A stretch of 46,704 bases of DNA from Verrucomicrobiota bacterium (GCA_019236675.1 JAFAIO010000109.1:1-46704), one strand, 5' to 3'; counted from the first letter of the stretch, positions 1 through 8,863 are shown. The notes: generated from the sequence alone by a model not told the origin. Numbers and translations are program-made.

Positions 1-78
1 GTGACTACAACACGTCGATCGCTCATCGCTTACTGAGTAACGGGGTATTTTGCTCTGCGGAATTAGGCAACTGAATTC

Positions 79-1263
79 TTAGGAATTTCGAGATCCCATT
101 CCGACCATTTGCGCCTGCTGAAACAATTTTCCCTCTGTGCGGATGGACGGCGCGATGATGACCTCGGTTTCTTGAAACTCCCTGAGGTTCGCAGCCCCGA
201 CGTTACCCATGCAAGTCGTAATAGCACCCACTAGATTTTGGCTCCCATCGTCAACTTCGGCCGGCCCGAACAGTATTTGCCGTAAAGGACCGGTTGTTCC
301 CACCCGAATGCGTGTGCCTCGGGGTAGGTTAGCGTGAGGTGTAGCCATGCCCCAATGGTAGCCTTTACCCGGGGCTTCGATTGCCTTGGCAAACGCGCTT
401 CCGATCATCACCGCGTCTGCACCGCAAGCCAGGGCTTTGCAGACGTCGCCTCCTTTGCTCATGCCACCGTCGGTTATGATGGGCACGTACCGGCCGCTTC
501 TCTTCAAATAGTAGTCACGGGCCGCCGCGCAATCCACGGTTGCGGTGACCTGGGGAACGCCCAGGCCTAATACACCCCGCGAAGTGCAGGCTGCGCCCGG
601 TCCCACACCAACGAGCACCCCAGCCACCCCGCATTCCATGATTTCAAGGGTGACTTCGAAGCCAACGGTATTTCCGACGATTACCGGACAACGCAGATCT
701 TTGCACAATTTGGCCAAGTCTAGCGACCGATACTCTGTGGAGATGTGTCGTACGGTCGACACCGTACTCTGGACGACAAAAACATCGGCGCCGGCTTCTT
801 GGGCAATTTGCCCGTACCGCTCCGCTTTTTGAGGTATTGAGCTAACCGCCGCCAGCACTCCGCCATCCTTCGTCTGTTTTATCCGCGCGGCGATCAGGTC
901 TTCTTGGACCGGTTCCTGGTAAATCTTTTGCAGCAGCGCGGTCACGTGATCCTTCTCGGCGTCCAATACTTTGAGGAGTACTTCTTCGGGGTTCTTGTAA
1001 CGCGTCTGTACTCCTTCAAGGTTGAGGACCGCTAAGCCTCCCAATTTACCCATCTCGACGGCGAAGCGGACGTCAACGACGCCATCCATGGCGCTAGCCA
1101 GAATAGGAATGCCTAGCTTCAAGGGGTTACCGGTCCGAGTAGGGATTTCGAAAGTGATATCCACCTCATTCGGGTTGATCGTCACTTGTCCCGGCACCAG
1201 CGCAATTTCATCGAAACCGTAGGTGACGCGGGCCTTCCGATTTCGGCCGATGAACATCGACAT
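79..1263 (-). CDS. guaB3: GuaB3-family IMP dehydrogenase-related protein (CBS-less IMPDH paralog)
   Basis: ORF 79..1296. It has the IMPDH barrel motifs GVGPGAACTSRGVLGLGVPQ (catalytic Cys loop) and ITDGGMSKGGDVCKALACGADAVMIGS. The N-terminus IGRNRKARVTYGFDEIALVPG is typical of the GuaB3 branch. I moved the start to ATG 1263: GGAGG lies about 11 nt upstream, and this removes a 29-nt overlap with the upstream ORF. Confidence 0.85.
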   Translation of the reverse strand: MSMFIGRNRKARVTYGFDEIALVPGQVTINPNEVDITFEIPTRTGNPLKLGIPILASAMDGVVDVRFAVEMGKLGGLAVLNLEGVQTRYKNPEEVLLKVLDAEKDHVTALLQKIYQEPVQEDLIAARIKQTKDGGVLAAVSSIPQKAERYGQIAQEAGADVFVVQSTVSTVRHISTEYRSLDLAKLCKDLRCPVIVGNTVGFEVTLEIMECGVAGVLVGVGPGAACTSRGVLGLGVPQVTATVDCAAARDYYLKRSGRYVPIITDGGMSKGGDVCKALACGADAVMIGSAFAKAIEAPGKGYHWGMATPHANLPRGTRIRVGTTGPLRQILFGPAEVDDGSQNLVGAITTCMGNVGAANLREFQETEVIIAPSIRTEGKLFQQAQMVGMGSRNS

Positions 1264-1267
1264 TTGA

Positions 1268-1507
1268 TCAAAGTCCTCCAAAGTTTCTTCTCTCATTCAA
1301 ACTGCCGCATCGTGGACAACGAGGTAGCGGCACGTTGGTCTTATCCTCGAAAATAGAGGCACAAATCGTGCAGCGAACCGCGTAACGCAAGGCTTGTTTT
1401 TTACGTTTTTGACTCCGCCAGCCGTCCAGGAACCAGAGGCCGCCTATCACGATCACAGACAGATAAAGATAGATGAAGATGAGGGAGGGAAGTTCGATAC
1501 GAATCAT
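1268..1507 (-). CDS. small membrane protein with C-terminal four-Cys zinc ribbon
   Basis: 79 aa. One TM helix (LIFIYLYLSVIVIGGLWFL) is followed by CTIC...CPRC. The stop lies 4 nt before the guaB3 ATG, suggesting co-transcription. Confidence 0.5.
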   Translation of the reverse strand: MIRIELPSLIFIYLYLSVIVIGGLWFLDGWRSQKRKKQALRYAVRCTICASIFEDKTNVPLPRCPRCGSLNERRNFGGL

Positions 1508-1605
1508 GGACGGCAGCGACTGATCTTAACATCCTTCCGTGGAGCGGTGAGGGAGTCAACAGATGAGACGATGGTCTCTCTGGTCAGGCGTGCCCCGCCG
1601 TGCTG

Positions 1606-1850
1606 CGGAGGGGCGTTGCATTCGGAGTGCTGTCAGTTTGGCGTTTGCCCGACCAAGAACTGAGCGCAAGGTTTTTCATGTGCCACAGGTGTGACGCCCC
1701 GAGGACTGGGCCACGTCAGTCGAGATTGCGCGTCTCATGGCCTTCCGGGCGGTCGAGGGAGCCGCGGCTGGGATGTGCTTTGGGCGAAAGGCGCCACGCT
1801 ATGGGTAGATTGTCAGCGGTACAGGTATACCAATTGCAACTCCCCTCCCG
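1606..1850 (+). repeat. about 245-nt dispersed intergenic element, copy 1 (family R-B)
   Basis: Aligns block by block with the reverse complement of 31101..31346. Shared blocks are CGGAGGGGCGTTGCATTCGG, GCGTTTGCC, GTTTTT, GACGCCCCGA, GCCACG, TTGCGCGTCTC, AGGGAGCCGCGG, GAAAGGCGCCACGC and TTGCAA..CTCCCCTCC. The two ends are inverted complements: GGAGGGGCGTTGCA and TGCAACTCCCCTCC. Confidence 0.7.
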
Positions 1851-1968
1851 GCTGGGTGTCGGATTGGGAATATCACGATGAATGGTCATCATCCAAGCAT
1901 CGCAACGACAGCATCAGAAATCCTATCGAGGACGAGAACGAGGACGAAGTACGAAGCACGATGGCCTC

Positions 1969-2694
1969 CTACCGCGTCACGGTTCCCCAATGAAATGAGA
2001 CTGTATCCCAGGCCTCGGCCCTGGCCGGCTGAAATGTAAGGCGTTTAACGGCCTCTTCGGCAAGACGATCCAACTGGTCATTTCCCGAACTTCGTAACAA
2101 AAAGAGATATTTTACTTCGCCTTCCTTGCTGATTCCGGCAAAGAGCATGGTCGGCTCCCAAGGGCGCTGGCTCGCCGGCAGCCGCTCCGGGATGGCCGGT
2201 TGCCGCCTCTCTAAGGCTGGTCCGAATTCAAGGTGGCTCACGAAGCTGGTCTTCGGTTCAGCAGGAGCAGGACGGACTTTTGTCGGGAAAAGATTGTCGG
2301 GAGTAAAAAGGGAAGGGGTAGCAGCTTCTTGGGCGGAGGCGCTGGCCTGACTTTTGCGGATGTCGGGGGTTTCGTCGCTGAAAGTCGGGCGATAACCCGG
2401 AACCAATTTTGCCACGAGACTCTCGTCCACCTTGGGAGCACTAATAGCGGACGGATCGTTCAGGTCTACCCACTCTAGCAACCGACGGTCCTGCGGGTTC
2501 TGTGGATTCAATACAGAGACTTGAGCTGTCGGCGGAGGTAGGGAAGTGGTTGACGGGTAAACCACATGGAAAACGTAAAGCCCGGCAAAGTGTAGCCCCA
2601 GCGAAAACACAATTAGCCACAGGAGACGGCCATTCCATCGGGGGCGGTCCCAATCGAAAATGGAATTCTGCAGAGAGCGCGCCGCCGGCTTCAC
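1969..2694 (-). CDS. TonB-like energy-transducer protein
   Basis: 241 aa with an N-terminal TM anchor (LLWLIVFSLGLHFAGLYVF) and a Pro-rich linker. The C-terminal GEVKYLFLLRSSGNDQLDRLAEEAVKRLTFQPA resembles the TonB C-terminal domain. The start overlaps the exbD stop by 4 nt. Confidence 0.6.
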   Translation of the reverse strand: MKPAARSLQNSIFDWDRPRWNGRLLWLIVFSLGLHFAGLYVFHVVYPSTTSLPPPTAQVSVLNPQNPQDRRLLEWVDLNDPSAISAPKVDESLVAKLVPGYRPTFSDETPDIRKSQASASAQEAATPSLFTPDNLFPTKVRPAPAEPKTSFVSHLEFGPALERRQPAIPERLPASQRPWEPTMLFAGISKEGEVKYLFLLRSSGNDQLDRLAEEAVKRLTFQPARAEAWDTVSFHWGTVTR

Positions 2695-3095
2695 GGTGAT
2701 TTTGGTGAAGTTGCCAGTATCACCGAGTAGCCCCGGTCCAGACAGAGATTCATAACTTGAACGACAGAGCCTTGGGGCGCGTCCCGATCCGCCCTTATGA
2801 TGATTGACTTATCGGTTACCGGGTCCTTTTCGAATGCTGACCGCAACTCGTCCAAGGTCACGGCTTGATCCCGGTAGTAAATCCGTGGGAATGGGCCGGC
2901 GGTTACGGTGACGATCACGGAGTGTCCAACGGTTCCTAGAGTGAATTTCGAGAATGGCAGGTTTACGCTGATCCCGGGATGGACCAGAAAGGTCGAGCTA
3001 ACGACAAATAGTAGCAGCAGCAAACAAACGACTTCTACCAGAGGGACGATGAACAGAAGATAAGGATTGAGCCGGACCGCTCTTTCCAACTTCAT
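2691..3095 (-). CDS. exbD: ExbD/TolR-family biopolymer transport protein
   Basis: 134 aa with a single N-terminal TM and a periplasmic domain (ExbD/TolR-like pattern IIIRADRDAPQGSVVQVMNLC). Has 4-nt overlaps with both neighbours. Confidence 0.85.
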   Translation of the reverse strand: MKLERAVRLNPYLLFIVPLVEVVCLLLLLFVVSSTFLVHPGISVNLPFSKFTLGTVGHSVIVTVTAGPFPRIYYRDQAVTLDELRSAFEKDPVTDKSIIIRADRDAPQGSVVQVMNLCLDRGYSVILATSPKSP

Positions 3096-3766
3096 CTCTT
3101 TTCACTGGCTGCTTGAGACGACGGATCGAACTCAATGATGGACGCGGGTGTCTCCCTATCGGTCAGGATATTGACGATCTCGATCCCTGCTCTTTCCATT
3201 TCGTGCATCAGTGCGTTGAGCCTGGAGGAAAGGAAACAGTAGGCCAAGATCGTTGGAATCGCGACCGCTAAGCTGGCTGCCGTCGTGAGGAGGCTCTGGT
3301 AAACCCCGCCGGAAACATCGGCCAAGGTTGCATAGCCGTTGCTGGCCGAGAGCTGAACGAAGGCTTGGATCAAACCGGTGACGGTGCCGAGAAGCCCGAT
3401 TAAAGGGGAGATGTAAGCGATCCCAACGAGAAGATCGAGGTTGCGTTCTAGACGGGGCATTTCGATCTGAGCTGCTTCTTCGACAATCTCGCGTAGTTCA
3501 GAGCGCGACAGATGAGGGCGAGATAACGCGGCGTGGATCACCCGCGTAACGGGGACGGAGGTGGTCTGACATTCAATCCGGGCCTCGGTCAGATTGCGGT
3601 TTCGAACCAGATTTGCCAATCCCTGAAGAAGTTCGCCCAGATTGATATTGGCTCGGTGAAAGTAAAGCAGGCGTTCGATGAAGACCGCCACCGTGACGGC
3701 GCTACACAGAAGGATAAGCCACATCAGTGGCCCACCCTTTTGCATGTAGTCGATCATCTCGGACAT
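3092..3766 (-). CDS. exbB: MotA/TolQ/ExbB-family proton channel
   Basis: ORF 3092..3826 begins at a TTG inside the heptamer repeat. I moved the start to ATG 3766 (MSEMIDYMQKGGPLMW...). It has three TM segments and the conserved ISPLIGLLGTVTGLIQAF motif. Confidence 0.85.
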   Translation of the reverse strand: MSEMIDYMQKGGPLMWLILLCSAVTVAVFIERLLYFHRANINLGELLQGLANLVRNRNLTEARIECQTTSVPVTRVIHAALSRPHLSRSELREIVEEAAQIEMPRLERNLDLLVGIAYISPLIGLLGTVTGLIQAFVQLSASNGYATLADVSGGVYQSLLTTAASLAVAIPTILAYCFLSSRLNALMHEMERAGIEIVNILTDRETPASIIEFDPSSQAASEKR

Positions 3767-3827
3767 ATATCGAAGGGTAGCGGCAAGCGCAACTGCTCGC
3801 GTGACGAGCGGCAGGAGGCGGATCAAA

Positions 3828-3997
3828 GTAATCAGTAATCAGTAATCAGTAATCAGTGGTCGTTGGTCGGGGACAAATTCCCGCCTTGGGATAAAAAGCT
3901 GCGGTGGTCTTGGTCGATCCCGGTGCTGCCTGGCGTCCTCAAGGCCATTACGGCCGGTTTTTTTGATCTGATTACTGACCTACTGATTACTGATTAA
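3828..3997. repeat. intergenic hairpin element E1 with tandem-heptamer arms (GTAATCA)
   Basis: The left arm is GTAATCA x4 (3828..3855). The right arm is the inverse complement TGATTAC units, imperfect (3969..3997). They flank about 110 bp of unique sequence between mglA and exbB. Confidence 0.9.
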
Positions 3998-4030
3998 CCT
4001 GGTCCATCCCAAAACAGCTTGGCATCTCAC

Positions 4031-4675
4031 TCACGCCGTCCCCGCCGTAGCGCGTTCCCTAGGCGGCGCGGGTCGGAGAAGGTGATTTTCCTGGATGAAC
4101 TTGTTCAAGACGCTTTGAGTCACGGCGTCTAATGCAGCGAACACGCTGCGCCCTTTGGTCGCTACCGCTTCGTAGCTTCGTGCGCGCCGCCGCCGGTTGT
4201 TCAGCAAAAATTCCAAATACGACACCGGCGCTGCATCCGGCAAGTCACGTTTATTGTACTGCAGAACATACGGAATCTCGTCCAACGAGAGATGCTGTTT
4301 GCGAAGGTTTTCCTCAAGATTACGAAAACTTTCCACGTCTTCATGGATCTTGTCCCAGTGCGAATCGGCCACAAATACGATGCCGTCTACGCTGCGTAAC
4401 ACTAACTGCCGGGTCGTGTTATAAACTACCTGTCCCGGGACGGTGTAGAGCTGGAACTTGGTTTTGAAGCCTTGCAGGATAACTGCGTCAACCGGCAAGA
4501 AATCAAAAAAGAGAGTGCGGTCAGCTGCGGTGGCTAAGGATACCAAATCCCCTCGAAACGCAGCAGGCAACCTCGAATGGATATAGGCAATGGTAGTGGT
4601 TTTGCCACTCAGCGCCGGTCCGTAATAGACGATCTTGAACTGAATCTCTTTGCTCGCGTAATTTATGATCGGCAT
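4031..4675 (-). CDS. mglA: MglA-type Ras-like small GTPase
   Basis: 214 aa. N-terminus INYASKEIQFKIVYYGPALSGKTTT (P-loop), TVPGQ (switch II) and NKRD (G4). All are characteristic of the gliding/polarity GTPase MglA. Confidence 0.85.
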   Translation of the reverse strand: MPIINYASKEIQFKIVYYGPALSGKTTTIAYIHSRLPAAFRGDLVSLATAADRTLFFDFLPVDAVILQGFKTKFQLYTVPGQVVYNTTRQLVLRSVDGIVFVADSHWDKIHEDVESFRNLEENLRKQHLSLDEIPYVLQYNKRDLPDAAPVSYLEFLLNNRRRRARSYEAVATKGRSVFAALDAVTQSVLNKFIQENHLLRPAPPRERATAGTA

Positions 4676-4698
4676 TCGCCAAACTTCCTTGGTTCTTG

Positions 4699-6363
4699 CT
4701 AACCGCAGATATGGCTGAGAACCAGACAGATCTTCTCACGCACCCCTGGCTTGAAGGGCCTCTTTTCGTGACGCACGACGAAACCGGATTCACCGCGGGC
4801 GAAAACGCTGACCAGTTCTCGCTTCCAACCGAGCGTAACGGTTTCGATCTGGCCAAAGCCCAAATTCTCGACACGCTGCCCAACCTCCTGGGTGAGGCTG
4901 GAAAGCAATTGCACCGATGATTGAGTAAGCCCGAGCTTTTCGGGTTCGCCTTCGAGGCTGCCATCTGCCCCAAAAAAGAGGGCAGAGTTTATCCCCGGAA
5001 GCTCACCGATTTTTTGAACAACCTTGTTCAAATCCAATGCTTCATCCGTTAAAAATAGAGACTGCAGTGCCGAAAAATTAGGCGCAGGTTTCGGTTCAGC
5101 GGTTAGTTTTTGCTCTGAGACTGTTTTTTCCGGAGCTTCTTGCTTTTCCTCGGCGACAGGAGCTTCCTGCGACGCAGGTTGTGGCAATTCGCTCGGTGTT
5201 GTCGGGTGTTCGATCAGCTCCAATTGATGACTGTCGGTGGCCACCTTCTCGGATTCAGCCGCTTCCGGAGCGTGGGCAAGACGCTCGGTATCTTCTTTGG
5301 CTGGACCGGTAAAAGGAGTCGAGATTGCTGGCAAAACTTCTTCCGGTTCTTGATCTGCTCGCGGACGTAGCAGATCCTGCGGATAATCTTGCAAGATTTC
5401 TTTCACCGGAACGGCAACCTCTGCAGCCGTATCGGCTTGCGGAAAATGGCTTCTTACGTCTTCCGGTAAGGACTTTAGCAAAGTCGAAAAAGGGATCGTT
5501 ACTCTTCCGTTTGCCAGCTGAGAATTAATTAACTCCAATGGAAGTTCAATGGCCGCGCCGGGCTTATTGGCCAGGGCATTGGGGTCCGAGGGTTGCAGCT
5601 CAGGTGGAAGACTTTTGATGATTGGTCCGAGTGCCACGCGCACGGTTTTCGGAACTTCAGAGCCGTTTCGGGCCGCTCCGCCCAAAGTCGTTTCATCTGG
5701 CTTCTCGGGGCCGGGACCCGGTTGGGTTTCGCTCACCAATTGTCCTGCCGGTAAGGGCGTCAACCGATCGGGAACGGTACCTGGCTCTCGAGTTTCCGTT
5801 GGAGTAACTGCTGTCGATTCGCCATGTGCTGTCGCGGTTGGGCTCGTCGTCTGTTCACCTGGGTCCGCTAACCGTGACTTTTCCCAAGCCGGGAGATTAA
5901 ACTCTAGAGTGCGTTGATCCAGGGGAGCAATTGGCACCGAGAAGATTTCTGGGCACGACCCAAAAAGGGTAGCGAAAGTAACCTTAGCGGTCTGGTGCGC
6001 TTCATCGATTTCCAGCGATTTCCGAGGAATCTGCACCCGACGTTTTGGGTCAATATCGATATTAGATTTGGTTACTTCCGGCGGTAGTTGCAACAGCAGG
6101 ACTTGCAATGGTACATCCACGGTTGCCCGTACTGGGCGGCGGAACCCTTCTTTGGGTGCAGCGCTAGACTCGGCTGGCGATGTCGATTTCAAGCGACTTC
6201 CAGGGACTGTTTCCCGGAGACGGGGCGGCGGTACGCGCGCAGATTGAAATGGAGGAACTTCGGCGCCACCATGCGCTTCTGGAGATTCATCCGAGCCCTT
6301 CAGCTCCAATTCATCCTGCTCTGATTTATCTGATTTCGACCTGAACCAAGAGAAAAAAGACAT
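4699..6363 (-). CDS. long Pro/Glu-rich protein with C-terminal roadblock/LC7 (MglB-like) domain
   Basis: 554 aa. The last about 115 aa (LDLNKVVQKIGELPGINSALFFGADGSLEG...GFGQIETVTLGWKRELVSVFARGESGFVV) fit the roadblock/LC7 pattern of MglB. The stop lies 23 nt upstream of mglA. Two internal related modules are present (VPLQVLLLQLPPEV... and VALGPIIKSLPPEL...). Confidence 0.55.
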   Translation of the reverse strand: MSFFSWFRSKSDKSEQDELELKGSDESPEAHGGAEVPPFQSARVPPPRLRETVPGSRLKSTSPAESSAAPKEGFRRPVRATVDVPLQVLLLQLPPEVTKSNIDIDPKRRVQIPRKSLEIDEAHQTAKVTFATLFGSCPEIFSVPIAPLDQRTLEFNLPAWEKSRLADPGEQTTSPTATAHGESTAVTPTETREPGTVPDRLTPLPAGQLVSETQPGPGPEKPDETTLGGAARNGSEVPKTVRVALGPIIKSLPPELQPSDPNALANKPGAAIELPLELINSQLANGRVTIPFSTLLKSLPEDVRSHFPQADTAAEVAVPVKEILQDYPQDLLRPRADQEPEEVLPAISTPFTGPAKEDTERLAHAPEAAESEKVATDSHQLELIEHPTTPSELPQPASQEAPVAEEKQEAPEKTVSEQKLTAEPKPAPNFSALQSLFLTDEALDLNKVVQKIGELPGINSALFFGADGSLEGEPEKLGLTQSSVQLLSSLTQEVGQRVENLGFGQIETVTLGWKRELVSVFARGESGFVVRHEKRPFKPGVREKICLVLSHICG

Positions 6364-6583
6364 GATACGATCGCCTTTACAATAACATGCCTGCGGGAGA
6401 TGGCTTTATATTTTTATCTTGCTTTTTCCGATTTTTCTACCTGAAAGAAGCGGTAACCTCAAAACATCGGCATCGGAAACCGCAATAGGTACGTTCTGCT
6501 TCTTCCGCCGATACCAATTACCAACACGACCGATTGGACACCGTTAGGTGCCATCAGTCCCGGGGCTAGCGGCGCTCCCGGCG

Positions 6584-7348
6584 TTACATCAGGGGCGAGA
6601 CATACAACTTCATCGCGGATACCAAACCTCCGTCGTAGTACCAGCTCCGATCGAAATAGAAACTTCGGTCCGATGCCTGATAACGTAAATGCACCACTTT
6701 TTCGGGCTGGTTCACGTCGCAGACAAAGAATAGGAGATCGCCGTTTGCCTGAGTCTCATAACGGTACGCTACTAAGCAATGGTTGATCGGTCGAAACCGC
6801 GTGATATAGACGCCTTCGATATCGCCAGCGTCAAGCCGTTGACGTAACCATTGCGCAAAATGTTCTTGGCCGGACCGCGGAGCAGGGAATACAATCCGCC
6901 AGTTGCCGACTCGCCAATATCCCGGCCACCAGCCCCCGAGGTTTTTTTGCAACATCAGGGTATAGTCTGCGGAGAATCGGTTAAGATTTGGGTATCCGGG
7001 AAAGACGATTTTCTTGGCCGGACCGGCGCTCCACGGCGCATACTTAATTAATTCGTGGACCCGTTGCCGATAGCCTTCTTCGTTCAGTTTCGGAAGCTTA
7101 GGATCGAACTCCGCGAACTGATAGAACTGCAGGATCGAGCGAACCAAAGCAAAGCAGTGTCGCGAATAATCGGGGATGTTACCGGGGTTCCGGCGATGGG
7201 CGGTAATGTGGCCTGATTGATCCGGCCGATAATCGAAATACAGATTATTCGAGAAAGAGAACGTGTCTTGAGGAAAACGAAATGGGCCTTCCTTCGCAAT
7301 TAAAGAGGTGAATGCCCCGAGCCATAGAAAAACGATTAGAATTCGCAC
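6584..7348 (-). CDS. hypothetical secreted protein
   Basis: 254 aa with a signal peptide (MRILIVFLWLGAFTSLIAKEG). I recognise no family motif. The start directly abuts the rpoN stop. Confidence 0.6.
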   Translation of the reverse strand: MRILIVFLWLGAFTSLIAKEGPFRFPQDTFSFSNNLYFDYRPDQSGHITAHRRNPGNIPDYSRHCFALVRSILQFYQFAEFDPKLPKLNEEGYRQRVHELIKYAPWSAGPAKKIVFPGYPNLNRFSADYTLMLQKNLGGWWPGYWRVGNWRIVFPAPRSGQEHFAQWLRQRLDAGDIEGVYITRFRPINHCLVAYRYETQANGDLLFFVCDVNQPEKVVHLRYQASDRSFYFDRSWYYDGGLVSAMKLYVSPLM

Positions 7349-8755
7349 CTAAAACTGTTTTCGCAGATTGCTGGGAAGAATGTTTAGCTCGGCCCTGTAC
7401 TTGGCGACGGTCCGACGCGCTATTGGGATACCCCGTTCTGATAGGATTTCCACAATTTCTTTATCGCTCAGCGGCATGCGATTATCCTCATTGCGGACGA
7501 GATCCGCGATGGTTTCCTTAACGCTGGTATTACTTAAAGCGACGCCGTCATTCGTTTGATAGCCTGGGGTGAAGAAGAACTTCATTTCTACAACCCCTTG
7601 CGGCGTCGCGATGTACTTGCCCGAGATTGCCCGGCTGACTGTGGTCTCGTGTACGCCGACTGCGTCCGCAATTTGCACCATAGTCATCGGTTTCAGAAAC
7701 GCCGTTCCAAAATCCAGAAAATCGCGTTGCCGTTTGACGATCTCAATTGCGATATTGAGTATGGTTTGTTGCCGTTGGTGGATGCTCTTTATCAGGAACT
7801 TTCCGCTCCTGATTTTCTCTCGGATGTAGTCTCTGACCTCGCCTCCGTTACGGCTTTGCGTCATCAGATCCCGATATGTTTTATTGATCCTTAGGTGCGG
7901 GATCTGATCGCCGGTGAGCGAGACCACGTACTCATCGCCGACTTTTTCCACCACCACATCCGGTAGTACGTAGCTATTGGGCTCCGGAGAAAAAATCTGA
8001 CCTGGCTTTGGGTCAAGAGTTGCTATGAAATTGGCGGCTTTTTGTACCTGATCGACCGTTACCCCAAGGCGTCTCGCGATGTCCGGATATCGCTTACGGC
8101 CCAGGTCGTCCAGATACTGGTCGACGATCTGGTATTCGAGGCTCTGCGCTTTACCGAGTCGCCGCAACTGGATGAGCAGGCAATCTTTTAGGTCTCGCGC
8201 GCCAACCCCAACCGGATGGAAGGTTTGCACCAATTCGAGGGCCTCCTGAAGGTCTTCAATCGGCGTACCAGAAAGATTTGCGATCTCGTCCAATGGAGCC
8301 GAGAAGAAACCGATATCATCGATATTTCCGATCAGGAGTTCAGCCGCTCTTCGCTTCTTCGCGCCGATATCGGCGGTGTTCAGCTGCTCCAGGAGGTGTT
8401 GCTGGAGCGTTTCCTGGTTCGCGAGAGAGTCGAGGAAAAACTGGCGTCGCTCTTCGTCCTCCTGGCTTCGCGCAGAATAAGAGACATTCTGAGCCATATA
8501 ATCTCGCCATTCTTCATCCAGTTTTGCCAGCTTCTCGAATTCTTCCTGGAAGTCAGCTTCATCAGATGAACGATCCTCCGTCTCATGAACGCTCGGGTCT
8601 TCTTCCAGGACTGGGTTCGTTTGAAGCTCTTGTTGAACGATATTCTTGAGCTCCAGGGTGGCCGCCTGCAGAATTTGCAGACTTTGCTGTAGCTGCGGAG
8701 CAAGAACTTGCTGCAGTCCTAACCCTTGTATCTGTTGCATTCCTGGGCCGGGCAT
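7349..8755 (-). CDS. rpoN: RNA polymerase sigma-54 factor
   Basis: 468 aa with a Gln/Leu-rich region I (LQQSLQILQ). The C-terminal HTH and RpoN box are present (ARRTVAKYR). Confidence 0.95.
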   Translation of the reverse strand: MPGPGMQQIQGLGLQQVLAPQLQQSLQILQAATLELKNIVQQELQTNPVLEEDPSVHETEDRSSDEADFQEEFEKLAKLDEEWRDYMAQNVSYSARSQEDEERRQFFLDSLANQETLQQHLLEQLNTADIGAKKRRAAELLIGNIDDIGFFSAPLDEIANLSGTPIEDLQEALELVQTFHPVGVGARDLKDCLLIQLRRLGKAQSLEYQIVDQYLDDLGRKRYPDIARRLGVTVDQVQKAANFIATLDPKPGQIFSPEPNSYVLPDVVVEKVGDEYVVSLTGDQIPHLRINKTYRDLMTQSRNGGEVRDYIREKIRSGKFLIKSIHQRQQTILNIAIEIVKRQRDFLDFGTAFLKPMTMVQIADAVGVHETTVSRAISGKYIATPQGVVEMKFFFTPGYQTNDGVALSNTSVKETIADLVRNEDNRMPLSDKEIVEILSERGIPIARRTVAKYRAELNILPSNLRKQF

Positions 8756-8863
8756 AAATTGAGCGTGACTGAATAGTAGGAGAGTGGCACAGAAACTGCA
8801 AGGGATCGCTGGGAGAACTGTAGCGTATTGATTCCCAGGTAGTTAGGGAGTGTGCCGGCTAAT

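Noticed and set aside
1508-1968. Known housekeeping ncRNA (SRP RNA, 6S, RNase P, tmRNA) or riboswitch in the 460-bp spacer
   Set aside because: I could not find the conserved cores: no GGAAGCAGCC-type SRP domain IV, no RNase P GAGGAAAGTCC, no tmRNA tRNA-like ends. The region is instead explained by repeat R-B, which has a second copy in an unrelated context.
3828-3855. Heptamer tracts as phase-variation (contingency) microsatellites controlling adjacent genes
   Set aside because: The tracts always occur as inverted pairs forming hairpins and mostly lie outside coding regions or promoter spacer positions. A structural element is the simpler reading, although slippage-driven length variation remains possible.
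4521-4973. Antisense or overlapping ORFs inside well-supported genes (for example 4521..4973, 5549..5917, 30546..31151, 36080..36535, 36319..36756, 44987..45397)
   Set aside because: They are shadow ORFs of confidently identified CDSs (mglA, the mglB-like gene, PG-binding protein, infB, plsC) with no independent evidence.
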